From: Marsupella aquatica
Lineage: Eukaryota; Plantae; Marchantiophyta
DNA: 64,000 nt
Direction: 5' to 3'
Assembly (NCBI GenBank): GCA_973895155.1
Contig: OZ316892.1
Coordinates: 15,306,861 to 15,370,860 of the forward strand
A program made the position numbers and the translations under genes. Every line of letters starts with the position of its first letter. Positions within the stretch are counted from its first letter, which is position 1. Positions 13,301 through 25,401 of the stretch are shown piece after piece. A model generated the notes under the pieces. It was given only the letters and a program-made list of their open reading frames with translations, did no database searches and had not been told where the DNA came from.

Positions 13301-13759
13301 AAAAAACCGACAAGTCTGTTTTTCAATTTTGTGATTTTAACCAAATAATCTGAATCTCTTGACTTTCGATGCATAAAGATTGATAAAATGAAGTTATTCC
13401 ACGAGTATAATAATTCTCTCAACATTGCCATAATTGTCTCCATTCATTTGAATTCATAGATTATTTGAGTCACTAAAGAGGAGTATTTGGTTTCTAGGAC
13501 AAAAACCTTTTTGATAATGGTACTCTTTTCCATCCTTTGATCCATCCAAAGAGCTAGATGAGCCTTAGTCACAATACAAGATTATCTACAGTTATAGTTA
13601 AGGGAAAGTACATAGTGATTGATCAATCTTCATTTTAATGGATTTTTGGATCTTTCTGTAGAGAAAGAAATGGGCTTGCATCCGAGCTCAATTTTCCAAG
13701 CCCAAATGTCCAACTGAAGCCATGTAAGGTGTGATACTTGGACCGTATATTTGGACTTT

Positions 13760-14160
13760 AAGCGGAACACTATTCCGTGAGTTTAGTCCCAATTAGATGA
13801 TATCTGTAGAGATACTCTACATATTAATATGGACTATCTTTGTGACTTTCTTTAGATTAAGATATCTATGCTTGCGCCAATTTTGATACTAGGTCCATTT
13901 TAGCGGAACACTGTTTCATGAATCATATTAATAGTCCCAATTAGATGATAGCTTTCAAGATAAAGTCTTTTGTGACTTTTCTTACTAGAGAAATAATGTG
14001 GCTTGCGTACAAGCCCAGTTGATACTAGGACAAAACATTTGGACTTTGAGCACAACACTGTTTCGTGAATCAGATTAGTCCTAATTAGATGGTATCTTCA
14101 AAGATAACCCATATATAGAGATAAGCCAAGTAATGATTTTTGCGGAACAGTGTTCCGTCA
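13760..14160. repeat. ~140-bp degenerate tandem units each containing the CGGAACACTATTCCG-type palindrome (right cluster)
   Basis: gcggaacactattccgtg (~13762), gcggaacactgtttcatg (~13902), cacaacactgtttcgtg (~14051), gcggaacagtgttccg (~14142). The first three are each followed by tagtcc(c/t)aattagatg. Confidence 0.75.
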
Positions 14161-14387
14161 TGTAATTATTTTGTGTCGATAATACTTGAATTAGTTCAAA
14201 TACATTTCCATAGTTGAGCATGGTTCCTTTTGGAGAACATTTATATTGAAGTTGCTTCTGTTTGTTTTTGTAAAGTTTAATTATATCTGGCCCCCGGAAT
14301 ACTTAACTATGTTTGGGAGAGTTCCTTAGTTAATCCTCGTCTACTACTCATTTAGGATATAGTATTAATCTGGGTTTGATTTCTCAG

Positions 14388-14891
14388 GGAGTGATGGTGT
14401 CATCAAAGCATTGGATCGTTGTTGGGGAAGAGGTCGGATTATGCACCGGAGCTTTGCTAATTGCCAAAGGACTAATCATGAGTGTGGATCCTTTGACGAG
14501 GGTAGAGAGTTTTGTTCTTGGATCAAATTGAGTCCTGGTAAAGGTTGGAAAGGTTGTATCTCAGGATCAATCAGATTGTTTATTCTTCAGGGATGGGTTG
14601 TTTGTTCCTTGGGATAAATCTGACTTACTACCTTTAGCGTCATGTGATGAAAAACGGAATGAAATGGGAAGGGGAGAAGATGATAGTGATGATGACAACG
14701 GTGAAGGATGTGGAGGACAAGGTGGAGGAGATGAGATTATTATCCAGAAATGTAATTGGAAGGAATTTACAGTGAAGGTTTTTGACGATGAGAATGTCAA
14801 TTTTGCAATCACGATGGTTAGTACAATTAATCCAGAAGCAGTGTTACAAGGGACTGTGTGCCCACTTAAAGGTGTCACACATGGCTGTTAG
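14388..14891 (+). pseudogene. Exon encoding tandem Tnp1/En-Spm-like (Transposase_23-type) small domains, one in-frame stop
   Basis: After a ctcag acceptor: VGEEVGLCTGALLIAKGLIMSVDPLTRVESFVLGSN*VLVKVGKVV...VPWDKSDL, an acidic linker, then a second partial copy (VKVFDDENVNFAITMVSTINPEAVLQG). Confidence 0.45.
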
Positions 14892-15779
14892 TTAATTTTT
14901 GAGCTTATTAAGACTTATAGTTACCTCTTTCTATGTAATTTCAGTGTAGTTGAAGGCTTTAGGCCTTGGTCAACTTTGAACCTAGAAGATTAAGTGAGAA
15001 GTTAATAGTGATAGTTTTAAGGTAGAGTAGTATTTTATGATATTTTAATCAAATCTTTGTAGGTCATGAAAAACTCTCAAATTTTGATGAGTAGATACAT
15101 TTTAGATAGAGAAATTTACCCAAGAAAATATCAGACAAAACAAACATGTCGTTAGGAAGTTAGAGTCATTTTTGTTTCGCATATTAACACTTTTGTTCTT
15201 TGACACTTAGAATAGTTTTCTATTTTTACAACTTTATACTAAATTAGCATCTTTAGGTATTTTATTGGTAGACTTAGATTAGTCCAAAAATTCTGAGTTT
15301 TTTTCAGGTAATAGATTATAGGTAGAGAAAATGCACTGGCAAAATTTCAGCACAAACAGAGTTCAGGTTAGATTTTTAAAAATCGCAAGGAATAGGCGTC
15401 TAGTAGTTTTGCCGCAAAACCACTAGGCCGCTAAGCCGTTCGGTCGTTTTGTTGCGAGTTAACCAGGGGGGTACTCATGAGTGAAAAGAGGGGTACTCCT
15501 AAAGATGGTACTCTCATGTGAATGAGGGTAGTCAAAAGAAGATGAAAGAAGAGGTAAATGAATCAAATGAGTAAAGAAAGAAATAGAAAATTACTTAGTT
15601 GGTGATAAGACTGATTGAGATATGGAGTTAGGTAGGAGTGAAGACTCCATCAACAATTAATTGATGAGATATGGTAGATTAGGTGGTCATCAATTGCAAG
15701 AAATGAAGTGAAGCAATCGTGGCCTGGAAAGACAAGTCGAATTGGAGAGATAATGTCGAATCACAAGTTATCGAAGTCA

Positions 15780-16390
15780 AAATCGCGGAAAACTCGTGGT
15801 AAGAAAAATCAGCGACACCAAATATTTTATGGAGCCACATTCGCTTGACCAAATTGTCTGGTATTTTTTGTGGAGGTAGAAGGGAAGTAGGCGCACCTTT
15901 TGGAAAATTATGAGCACCAACCAAGGTCTGGTTGGTGAGATAAAAATCGGATGTCGGAGGGGGGTCTATAGCTTTCTAGCTTTTGGTACAAATTTGCTTC
16001 CGCACCTTCAAGCAAACGAATGTTATTGTAATCAATTGATTGGTGGGAAGATGGTGATGGTGATTAGTTGTGAGTGGGAAGCACATGAGAAAGAAGGTGG
16101 TAGGTTGGAAGGGAAGGTCGAAATGGAGTTAGAAGTTCCACTCACAAGTCGCTGAAGTTGAAATTCCCGGAAACGAATGATAGGAAAAATCAGCGACACC
16201 AAATATTTTATGGAGCCACATTCGCTTGACCAAATTGGCTGATATTTTTTGTGGATGTAGAAGGCGCACCTTCTGGAGCACCAACTGAGGTCTGGTTATG
16301 AGCACCAACCGAGGTCTGGTTGGTGAGAGAAAAATCAGATTCCGGAAGGGGGTCTGCAGCTTCCAACTTTTCTGCACGAAATTTGATTCT
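15780..16390. repeat. Direct duplication of ~200 bp upstream of the DUF7869 gene
   Basis: aaaaatcagcgacaccaaatattttatggagccacattcgcttgaccaaattg at ~15803 and ~16185, with shared downstream gagcaccaacc..ggtctggttggtgaga. Confidence 0.85.
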
Positions 16391-17628
16391 ATGATTTGAA
16401 GCACATGGACAAGGATTGAATGGAAGTAGGAGCTTGATTAGGAGCTAGTAATAGAGGGGAACACTCAGCCCATGGTGAAGATTGGATTGGAGTGGGTGCA
16501 AAGTATTTAAGGATTGTAGTTTCTTGTGTGGAGGGACAAATGCTTGGTTGCTTAGTGGAAACTTCACCCACATGGAGTGGAAACTAAGATCAACAAGCAT
16601 ATGATCCCAGAGTTGGATAGTTGTAGAGAAGTGAGGAGAAGGACCCTGGACAGATGTTCCATTTGTACAAGGAAAATTTATGATGTTACACAAATTCTCT
16701 TTTTCTTGCATCCTTCTTTGCTATGACTCCAATTCTGTAGTGACATGAGAATTGAGCTTTAGAGAGATTGACTACCTGGATATTACCTTGTACCCAATTT
16801 GGTTGATTTTCTAGAGGTTTAGTGAGGAGAGAATATTGTGTTGTGATTTCAGGTTTTCCCTGGTTCGGGCAGTATACCTAGGCAGCGTATTGGCGATTCC
16901 TTATGGTGCTTTGGTGTCTCTAGCTGTGGACTTTTGGCAAAACAATTACAGGTTTTCCCTGGTCATTGTGTTTGGAGTACTTTAGTAAATCTGAAAGTGC
17001 AACCTTCTCACCATGTGTGTTTTGCTGTCCTGATTTGGCTGTTTTGTTGGCCGGAGTTAGTAGACACCCCAATGAGTGACAATCTGAATCTTCAGAGCTG
17101 GGAGGTGACAAGAAGTATTGATCTGGTCAAGGGCTGTTGAAAATTGGGTGCTTGAGATTGGGTGGCAGTCAAGTACAATGGGCTCAGCCCCTAGTTTTGT
17201 TCTGCAAACCAATTGATGGTAGGAGGAGTTGATGTGACCCCAACAATTAACATGGTTTGTTCCAGTGAGCTTTTAGTAGGGTGATTTCTTACAGGTTTTC
17301 CCTGGTCACCTTGTGTAAAGAACTTTAGTAATTTGGCACTCTCATGAGGAGGGGTCCTTGTGGAGAGTTAGGTCTTGTTGTTTTGTCGTTGTAGTCTATT
17401 GTTTTGAAGTGGAGAAAACTCTCCAGCCTCTTGGAAGATAGAGGTGGGGTTTTGTTTGGTTTCTAAAAGGTTTGTTCATCCGTCTTCCGCTTGTGGTCCC
17501 ACCCTAAGCTCTTCCATGGGAACAAACTGGTAGAGATAGCAATATCTTTGTTTGGGTTAAGTGCTACCCGTGAGTTACCCTCCACGACAGGGACCATACT
17601 AGGTGACTCACACGTTGGAATCCTGATT

Positions 17629-20600
17629 ATGGAATTTGTGGATGGTGCCAGACGAGACCATTTGAGGTATAAGGACTGTCTGGTTCCATGGCCAATCACA
17701 AGATTAATTGCTCCTGGTGGGAAGAATTTGGAGTACCATTTTCTGAATCAGGGGATACATCTGAAAGATGCTTTGAGTGGAAAGAGGTCCTATGTCAGTA
17801 AAGTGAGATCCCGGAAGAAGCTCCAAAAGGATGTATCAAAAAGGGAGAAAACACTTTCTGAGGAAGATATATTACACATTAGTACAAAAACATGTTGTAA
17901 GAGGAAATGTTGTCAATACTTTGATCGTGATTTGGGACGCATAATCAGGGAGAGATATTTTTGTAAAACATTTCAACAGCGGAAGGAAGAGGAGATCCTT
18001 GCTATCCAGAATGCGCTCGACACATCCGAGGGTGAAAGGTTGCTGGGAATTGAAGGAGTACCAATTTGTTTGGAGGCATGGAAAGTATTGCATGCAAAGA
18101 AGAAGACTCAATTTGATATTATGAAGAAGCATGTGAAGATGGGCTTGAGGATCTTAGAGCATGGAAATCTTGGAAAGAAAAGGATGTCTGAGAGAGTTTC
18201 TCAATCTTTGATGTTGATGAAAATGATCATTGATGAAAGCGCGGACAATCATCCGGCAAAGCTCAGAACCTTGGAAGACAACTCTTGTGTTGGTCTTCGG
18301 GAGTTGCCAACAAGCATTACGTGGGCCGGGAGACTATGAGAGATAAGGTTAATGATATTAATATTAAGCTTGGCCTTGGTCTCATTTCTCAGCCAACAAT
18401 GAGTTTTCTTCACCAAAAGTACTTCAAAGAAGTTTTGATTCACAAGAAGGGAAATAACTTTTCAAAATGCAACACTTGCAGTGAGTTACAACAACGAAGA
18501 GCTCGCCTTTCTGGAGGAAAGGAGGAGTTGGAGATTTTTAGACGAGATGAGAAGGAGCATCATGAAGATCACACTCAGGGCAAGCTTTTATATCATGCGT
18601 GGAAGTCGCACTCCGTTGCCCATCCAAAGGAGTCAGTTTGCATAATCCATGACAAAATGGATCATTGTAAGACAACTCTCCCCAAAATGCCATGGTTTCC
18701 AAAAGATTGTGATGGTGCGATACGACTCCCTATCACTGTCATTGGAATATTGACACATGGTCATGGCCCAAAAGTTGTAGCCCAATACAATCTTGCTTGT
18801 TGGTCACCCAAATCAAATGCAAGTATCGGTTCAATCAACTCTATCCTCTGGATGTTGGAAAATCCGGAAAATCCAGAACCCATGATGAATTCTCTTCTAG
18901 AGGGACCTGACTCAACAAATGTGTTCAACAATCTTTTATGGGGAAGAAAAGATGTTCTTGAAGAAGACGTTCGCAAAGCATTTATGGAGGAGACTAATTT
19001 CATTGCAGATCAAGGTACATATATGTTTTCACAAATTGATTTCAACAATTTATAATCATGTGCAAAATTCTTTTGGAATGAATTTATGTTATTTTGTTTT
19101 GTCACAAATTTTGAAATGGTGATACTTTTGGTTTTGTCACAACTTCTAAAATGTTTCCATGATTTTTGTTTATGCAGCAAAGTCCTCATCAAGGCCAACA
19201 GGTGATTGCTTTAGACCACTACCAGGACTCTTAAATTGCAACTTGACAATGCTCCAAGTGATAACAAAAACAGGTTTGTTATTGGTTATTTATCACTCTT
19301 AACAGCAAGGAAGGTTTTTGAGGAGATTCAGCTTGGCTTCCTTATGGTTGGACACGGGTATTTACAAATGATAGGAAATAGCAAACAGTAACAGGAAACA
19401 GAAACTAGTAACAGGAAAATGAGTGATAATTTTTTTTGAATTTTTTTTTTGAATTTTTTTTGGGGGGAAAAATAGGTTTTTTTGTTTTTGCCGAAAACAT
19501 TTTTTTGCTAGCGCCCAAAGCTAGCCAAAAAATGTTGTCTGCAATTTTTTTTGGGGAAAATGTGATTTTTTTGAAATATTTTTTCATTGTTATTTTTCTG
19601 GTAACAGTAAATTTTTGTTGGTACCAATAAACCTGTTCCCTGTTTATTGTCACGCATGTCATACCCGTTGGACACACTCATGAAGATGTTGATGCAATGT
19701 TTGGAAATTTCTCAGAATCTCTCATGCATAACCCAACGTGGACATTACCTGATCTCATGAGCTTGTTCATGAAAGCAAGAACACCCAGTCATGTTCCACA
19801 TTTTGTACAAGAGGTACTAGACTTTAAAGGATATGTTGAGCCTTTTCTGTTAAGGGGTCCAGATACATTGGTGGGGCATGGAAAGCCTCGTCTATTTCGA
19901 TTCTACGTTCGAGATGATGGGATGCCATGCTTTCAGTACAAGCCGAAGTCAAATGATGATGTGCCTTGGCTTCCCAATGAAGGTATTGAAATGTGGTCAT
20001 GGAGAGAAGATGGTTTTCCAGACCTTCCCATTGGAATGCCAAAGAGACTACCTATGACAGAGATTAGCATGTTGGCTGATGTGCATCAAGGGATACAAAA
20101 GCATTTAAAGTTCTTTGAATTGATTGGGGCCAGAAGTGAGACGGATGAATTAAGAGAGTCCTGGGATGATCTCATTCAGAAGACCATTCTAGCCACGTTG
20201 GAAGTAGAGGTTGTGCAATACCGACTTGAAGACGGAAGAAAACTTGAAGGCCGGATTTTGGCCAAAAACAAACTGGAGGGACAATGTTCCCATCACTTTT
20301 CGCAATGTTGCATGTGAGTTGGATGAAAGAGAAGACTACGTTGGACCTATGAAGAATAGGCCTCGTGAAGCCTTTCAACCAAGAGTAGATATTGTGAAGG
20401 GTCATTTTATCTTGCAGCGACCAGCAACAGAGGATGAAGATAATTACCCTGTTCATTTGGGAAGAGTAGTGAGTGACATGGAAGAAGGAGACTTCAATGT
20501 TGAGAACAAGCTTGAACATGTGTGTTTGGTTGAGTGGTTTCAACCACATATGGGCAAAAGCGAAGTTGAACAAAAGGAAAGATGGAAAGATTGTTGGACT

Positions 20601-20781
20601 AAAAAATGGGAACGCGACAAACGAGGATATCCAGAGCCACAAAGAATAAGTGTCCAACACTGTATTATAGTGCTACAAGGCTCGGAACACTAAGGCTGGT
20701 TTAGTTTCAATTCCAAAAGCTGTTGTTGTTAAAGCAAAAGACAATCTTCATAGATGTATTGATGTAGAAACCACTGTATGA
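17629..20781 (+). pseudogene. DUF7869 / Sola1-like DDE transposase, frameshifted and MITE-disrupted
   Basis: Motifs CCKRKCC, CLEAW, HGN, FSKCNTC, IIHDKMD, GILTHGHG, then after an intron (~19015-19177) LQLDNAPSDNKNRFV...FLMVGH|THEDVDAMFG. C-terminal LVEWFQP...CWTKKWE. Frameshifts at ~18330 and ~20200. Confidence 0.8.
19356..19666. mobile_element. Mutator-like MITE (311 bp) with 9-bp TSD
   Basis: GTTGGACAC duplicated at 19347-19355 and 19667-19675. Ends GGGTAT...ATACCC with imperfect longer TIRs and an AT-rich, partly palindromic interior. Confidence 0.9.
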
Positions 20782-23700
20782 CAACCCACTTAGAGTACAA
20801 TCATGATAGTGAACTACTTAGGTTCTTGGAAGTTGAAGCAAACTAAGGAGTCTGTAAATATTCAATTATTTATTTAATATAATTGATACTTACTTAGTTA
20901 GTTAGTACTACAATAGGCAAGATTGGAGATGACTTGAATACCAAATGTCCTCAATACTTGAGTGAGTAGACACAAGTTTAAGGATTCATTTATTTATCAT
21001 CTTATCAGTGAGTCTGTAAATTTATTATATAATTTTACATGTTTATTAATGTCAGATGAAGATGTACACTTACTGGGTTTGTGAATCTTATTTGTTTGCA
21101 CATACATTCAAGGACAATATTAGTATGAGTACTACACTTTCCCTTTCACATAAAGACAAATGAATGCATATTTGTGATGTTAGTGGAATAAGGATGAATG
21201 ATGATGGTCTATTACACCCTTAGCTTAATTATGTGTTAAGAGGTATATTTAAAACTCAATCATGAAACATGGACTTGCTTACCTACAAATTCAGTTTGTA
21301 TTCATTACATTTCAGAATGCCCAATCATTATGAATGAGAGATTTCTCTCAATATCTGGGTGGAGTCTTGACTAAAGTAAGATTAGCATACCACTTGGTTA
21401 TAATTAGTGATAATTAATGAATTATAATTGAATTATTTTTAATAAAATTTATTTAGGGAATACTGGAATTTAGCAAATACCCTGGTTTTATCTAAATAGG
21501 TGTTTTTACGAGTTTACTACTTAAGTTACAAGATTACGAGCATAAGCGATTACTAGTTCACTAGTTTACAAGTTCATACTTAGTCATTTTTCCGACTTTT
21601 TACTCACAGTTTTGTAGTTTTGATATTTTGAGAGGTATGAAGAGGCATGTCTCGTCAACCTTGTGTCTTTTCATTTGGTAGATTTTCACTATAAGATACC
21701 CCTACCACTAGTGTAATCTAAGGAGAAATTCAACAATTTTTGCCTCTTCTTGGTGTTCAGCCAGTTGGTCATGAATGTTAAGAGTTCAAGATCAAGCTTA
21801 ACACCAGGAGAGACTTTCCTCCTTCTTGTGGTTTATACCTTAGAATAAATCATAGGAAGTAAAATTATATTTGTGCAAACCTTATGAGTTGTAATGCCAG
21901 ATTCCATTGTTGGTGATTCATTACAATCTCGTGAGTTCTTAAAGTTTACTCATTGAGTTTAAGTCTCATTGAATTTGATGAATTTCCTTTCATGTTACTT
22001 AGTACCATCTAAATACTGAAGAAGTTACCTTTTGGATCTTGTCTGAGTATCACCTAGAAAGAAAGGACAAGGCGTGTTGATAACATTTTTAAAGAGTACC
22101 TTAGTAAAGTATTTTAGATCTGAAAAGTGATATGGATTTCAATTCATAGAGTCATTTCATTTTGAGTTATGAATAAGGAGTAACCTTGGTAAATTCCAGA
22201 CTCCTTTATCATACTTTACGATATTTTTCTTTGTGTTTTTGTTAATTGTTTCATTTTATTATTTGATGGTTACATAATGCTGAGTTACCATTAAAAACTT
22301 CTCACTGTTGTGGAGCAATCTTCAAAATACCTAAGTAAAGTATCAATCCTGATTACTATGTGTTGGAGAGTATCTTAAAACTCTCATTTTGAGTTTTATT
22401 TATCAAATCAACCCATCTTGTTCTTAAAGGGAACAAATACCGAGTCGATAGAGATAAAATTGTGTTTTTAGTCTTTTATCAACTACTACATTGAGCCTAT
22501 GGCATTGGGTGAGCCTTGGTAGTGGAGCTCCTTGGCTACGGTGTCCCGTTAGCTTCGACCTGGATTCTCCATAGTGGAGTGGGTTTGGTTGAATTGTTTG
22601 TGTTCTATAAGTGTTTTATGACAACATGTCTTTCATAGATTTCAGTCGTGGTACACTTGACATGTATCTGTGTAATTATGCTCTCGTCTATGTTGATATG
22701 CATGTATATATGTATGTGTGGTATGTTAGCTGTGTATGTTGTATGACAATGTGTATTTGCATGACAACCCTGGTTTATTACTCATAGAGACTATCAGTGG
22801 CTAAGTCATGTTTCTTGAATCAGGTCAGATATCATGTCTTTAGAGAGTTGGCTGGTTTATGCCCCGGTTTATGCAATTTGCAACTATCCCTAAAATTATT
22901 GCCAACTTTGTAAGTTTGTTAGGGTACAGATGATCCTGCAGGTGATGTCCAACTTTCAAAACCCATGTTGCAAACGTACCTGTACTCAACGCCAATTTTG
23001 TATGTTTTTGTGAGTCATTGATGATTCCCAACCTCCAGACCCATGCTGCAAATTAAAAGTACAACTACAGAAATTACGGAAATATCAATTGAATCATGAA
23101 AACTTCTTTGAGCTAGCCATAAACTCCCTTTCAAGTGCTTTGTTGATAAACTTTATGTCTATTTCTATGCCTGACTCATTTTTAAAACAATTACATTAAT
23201 ATACTTCACACCCAAGGTTTCTTAATGAAACAGTCATCCTTCAAATCCAAACAAACTGCTGGATGGGTTTTTGCTAGTGAGGCTTGTTGTTACTAGCAGC
23301 CAACAAGTCCAAACCTTGGTATGAGGAAAAAAGGGGACTCATTCCAAGGATTTTGTTTACTCATAATAGCAACAAAAAAAACTACGAGCAATTTTTTTGT
23401 TTCCTCACATCGTACTCATACCCCACCTTAGTTGAGGTTGTTTGTTATGTTTGGTTGTTTTAAGAGTTGTTTGAAGTTTCTTAAGGTTGATTACCACTAC
23501 TTGAGGATTAGGAAGCGGAACTTGTTGTTACCAATTGTGTGAGATAGAGGAGATAGCTTGCTAGTTGAGAGGGCCAGTAAGCTTTGAGAATGATTGGAGT
23601 TTGAGAATGAAAGCTTAAGGAGGTGGGTTTTTCTGTAGTTTCAGTACCAAAGAGTTACTTGAGAGGTTAGAGCTTGATGATAGAGGGGTAGCGGTCCACC

Positions 23701-23823
23701 GTAGGGACTAGCGACTAGACTATCACAAGTGGCCGACTCAAGAGTAACTGTTGTAATCCAAAAGGAAAAAACTCAAAATAAAGTGAGATTGTGTGCTCCA
23801 CAAATTGATTGTCATTAATCTCC

Positions 23824-23858
23824 ACTAGCCCCGACGTATTACCCGTTCTTTGAACGTG
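23824..23858 (-). mobile_element. Possible Helitron 3' terminus
   Basis: rc reads CACGTTC-AAA-GAACGGG hairpin, ~13 nt, then CTAG|T. The 5' TC end was not identified. Confidence 0.35.
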
Positions 23859-24664
23859 AATAGCGGGGAGGACAATAAAAATGTCACCAAAATATATCCT
23901 TATTCACATATTTTGAAGGTTAATGAAATGATAAAAAAATTATCATGCATATCATCATTTTAATAATCAGACATAACATACCATAATACTCTTTTCTATG
24001 CACATCCCACTTATGCATATATAATATGGTGGGGCCATAGAGATCAGTTTTTAATATAAATAGAAATCATAACAAAAAGCAGTCATGATTATCATTTGAC
24101 ATGACATACATCATAGACATCAGTTTTCTCATCATTCCATATGATGAGCCATGGAGTTACGGTCTAGAGGCTTCACTCTAGAAGCCTAGGCCTAACTCTA
24201 GCTTGTAGTGGAAGATGTATAAGTAAGATTGCAATCAGAAGTACATAGCTTTCCCGAGTAAACCCCTACTTTTAGTCCACGTGACAAGGGGCCCACCTAG
24301 AGCCCGAGTCTGGAAGGAGGGTGCGCAGCAGCCGGCTCCTTCAGCCCCCTTCCTAGTATTCACAGAGGACAATCCACAATTTTTGGGGAGTTTACTCTTT
24401 TTCAGTTTTTCTGGTTCTTGACTCTGTACCTTTTCATAGAGGGGTACGGTGTGAAGTCTCATGCACTGGGCTTGGGGCCTTTTGAGGGTTTATTGCGAGC
24501 AAGAACAGTATTATGTTCAAAGTGACTGCCTCAACCCGTCAATTTTGTTGTCATAGAGATAAATTGGGTATGTAATAATATCTTATTGTTACCACATCGA
24601 TCTGGTGAGCGGCGTGGCATGGCTTTTCTCTAATCATCAACCAACCAGAGTTTAAAGTCCATAT

Positions 24665-24801
24665 TGTTACAAACCAAATACACCAACAATGATACGATCT
24701 TCTATTCCAAGGAGAGAATATATACATATGGTAACTCTGGTTGGAGTTAACCATGGGTTCTAACTATAGTTAGTATACCCAATCATAGTTAGGGTATAAT
24801 A
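24665..24801 (-). repeat. Putative short 3' LTR of the Copia element
   Basis: Starts TATTATA directly after the PPT (possibly mutated TGTT) and plausibly ends GTAACA at 24665. There is no second LTR to confirm the boundary. Confidence 0.45.
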
Positions 24802-25401
24802 CTCCCCCTTGGGTGTTATCATTTTAGGAAAAATGTGACAACCAATCTTCTATCAATGTATATGAAGTTAGGTGATGTGGGTGCAACCTCATTAAAACCT
24901 TCCCTACGTACTTTCTTTTGTGGAAGGAAAGAGTATTGCCACCCTACATCCCTTTAAGTTTTGAAATAAAGTTGTGTCTTTCTAAAGTAATCTGTATTTG
25001 TGTTTGTCTATTCCCTACTTTTCTAGAAGTATGGTTGGACTAATTGCGTTCAGTGTATATGTTTTTAGGTTTGTATTCTGGGTTGCGGTGTCGTTCTACA
25101 AGAAGTGCATCGAGTGTAAGTGTTGTACGTTGAAGTCGGTTGTATGAGAGTGGAATGGTGGGTTCTCTTTCGCGCAATTACTGTCGATGCCGGGGTGAGT
25201 CGCAATGGTTGGCGACTCATTTTCCTTGGGTCTTTGTGATAGTGTCGATCGGAGAGATGCCAAGGCGTCTTCTCGATGATTCATCAGGTTTCATCTGTGG
25301 TTATTCAGGAAGTCGAGTGCGAGGGGTTAGTCGATCGACTTATGTTTTGTCATGTTCTATCAGGCTGGTGCTGTTCGTTCTCGCAACGTTCATCAGGGAA
25401 G

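Noticed and set aside
13760-14160. Palindromic repeats as a CRISPR array or true parS sites
   Set aside because: Repeats are degenerate and irregularly spaced, the intervening sequences are related to each other, there are no cas genes, and the motif does not match the bacterial parS consensus.
19405-19677. K-rich and F-rich ORFs
   Set aside because: Artefacts of poly-T/A tracts within the MITE.
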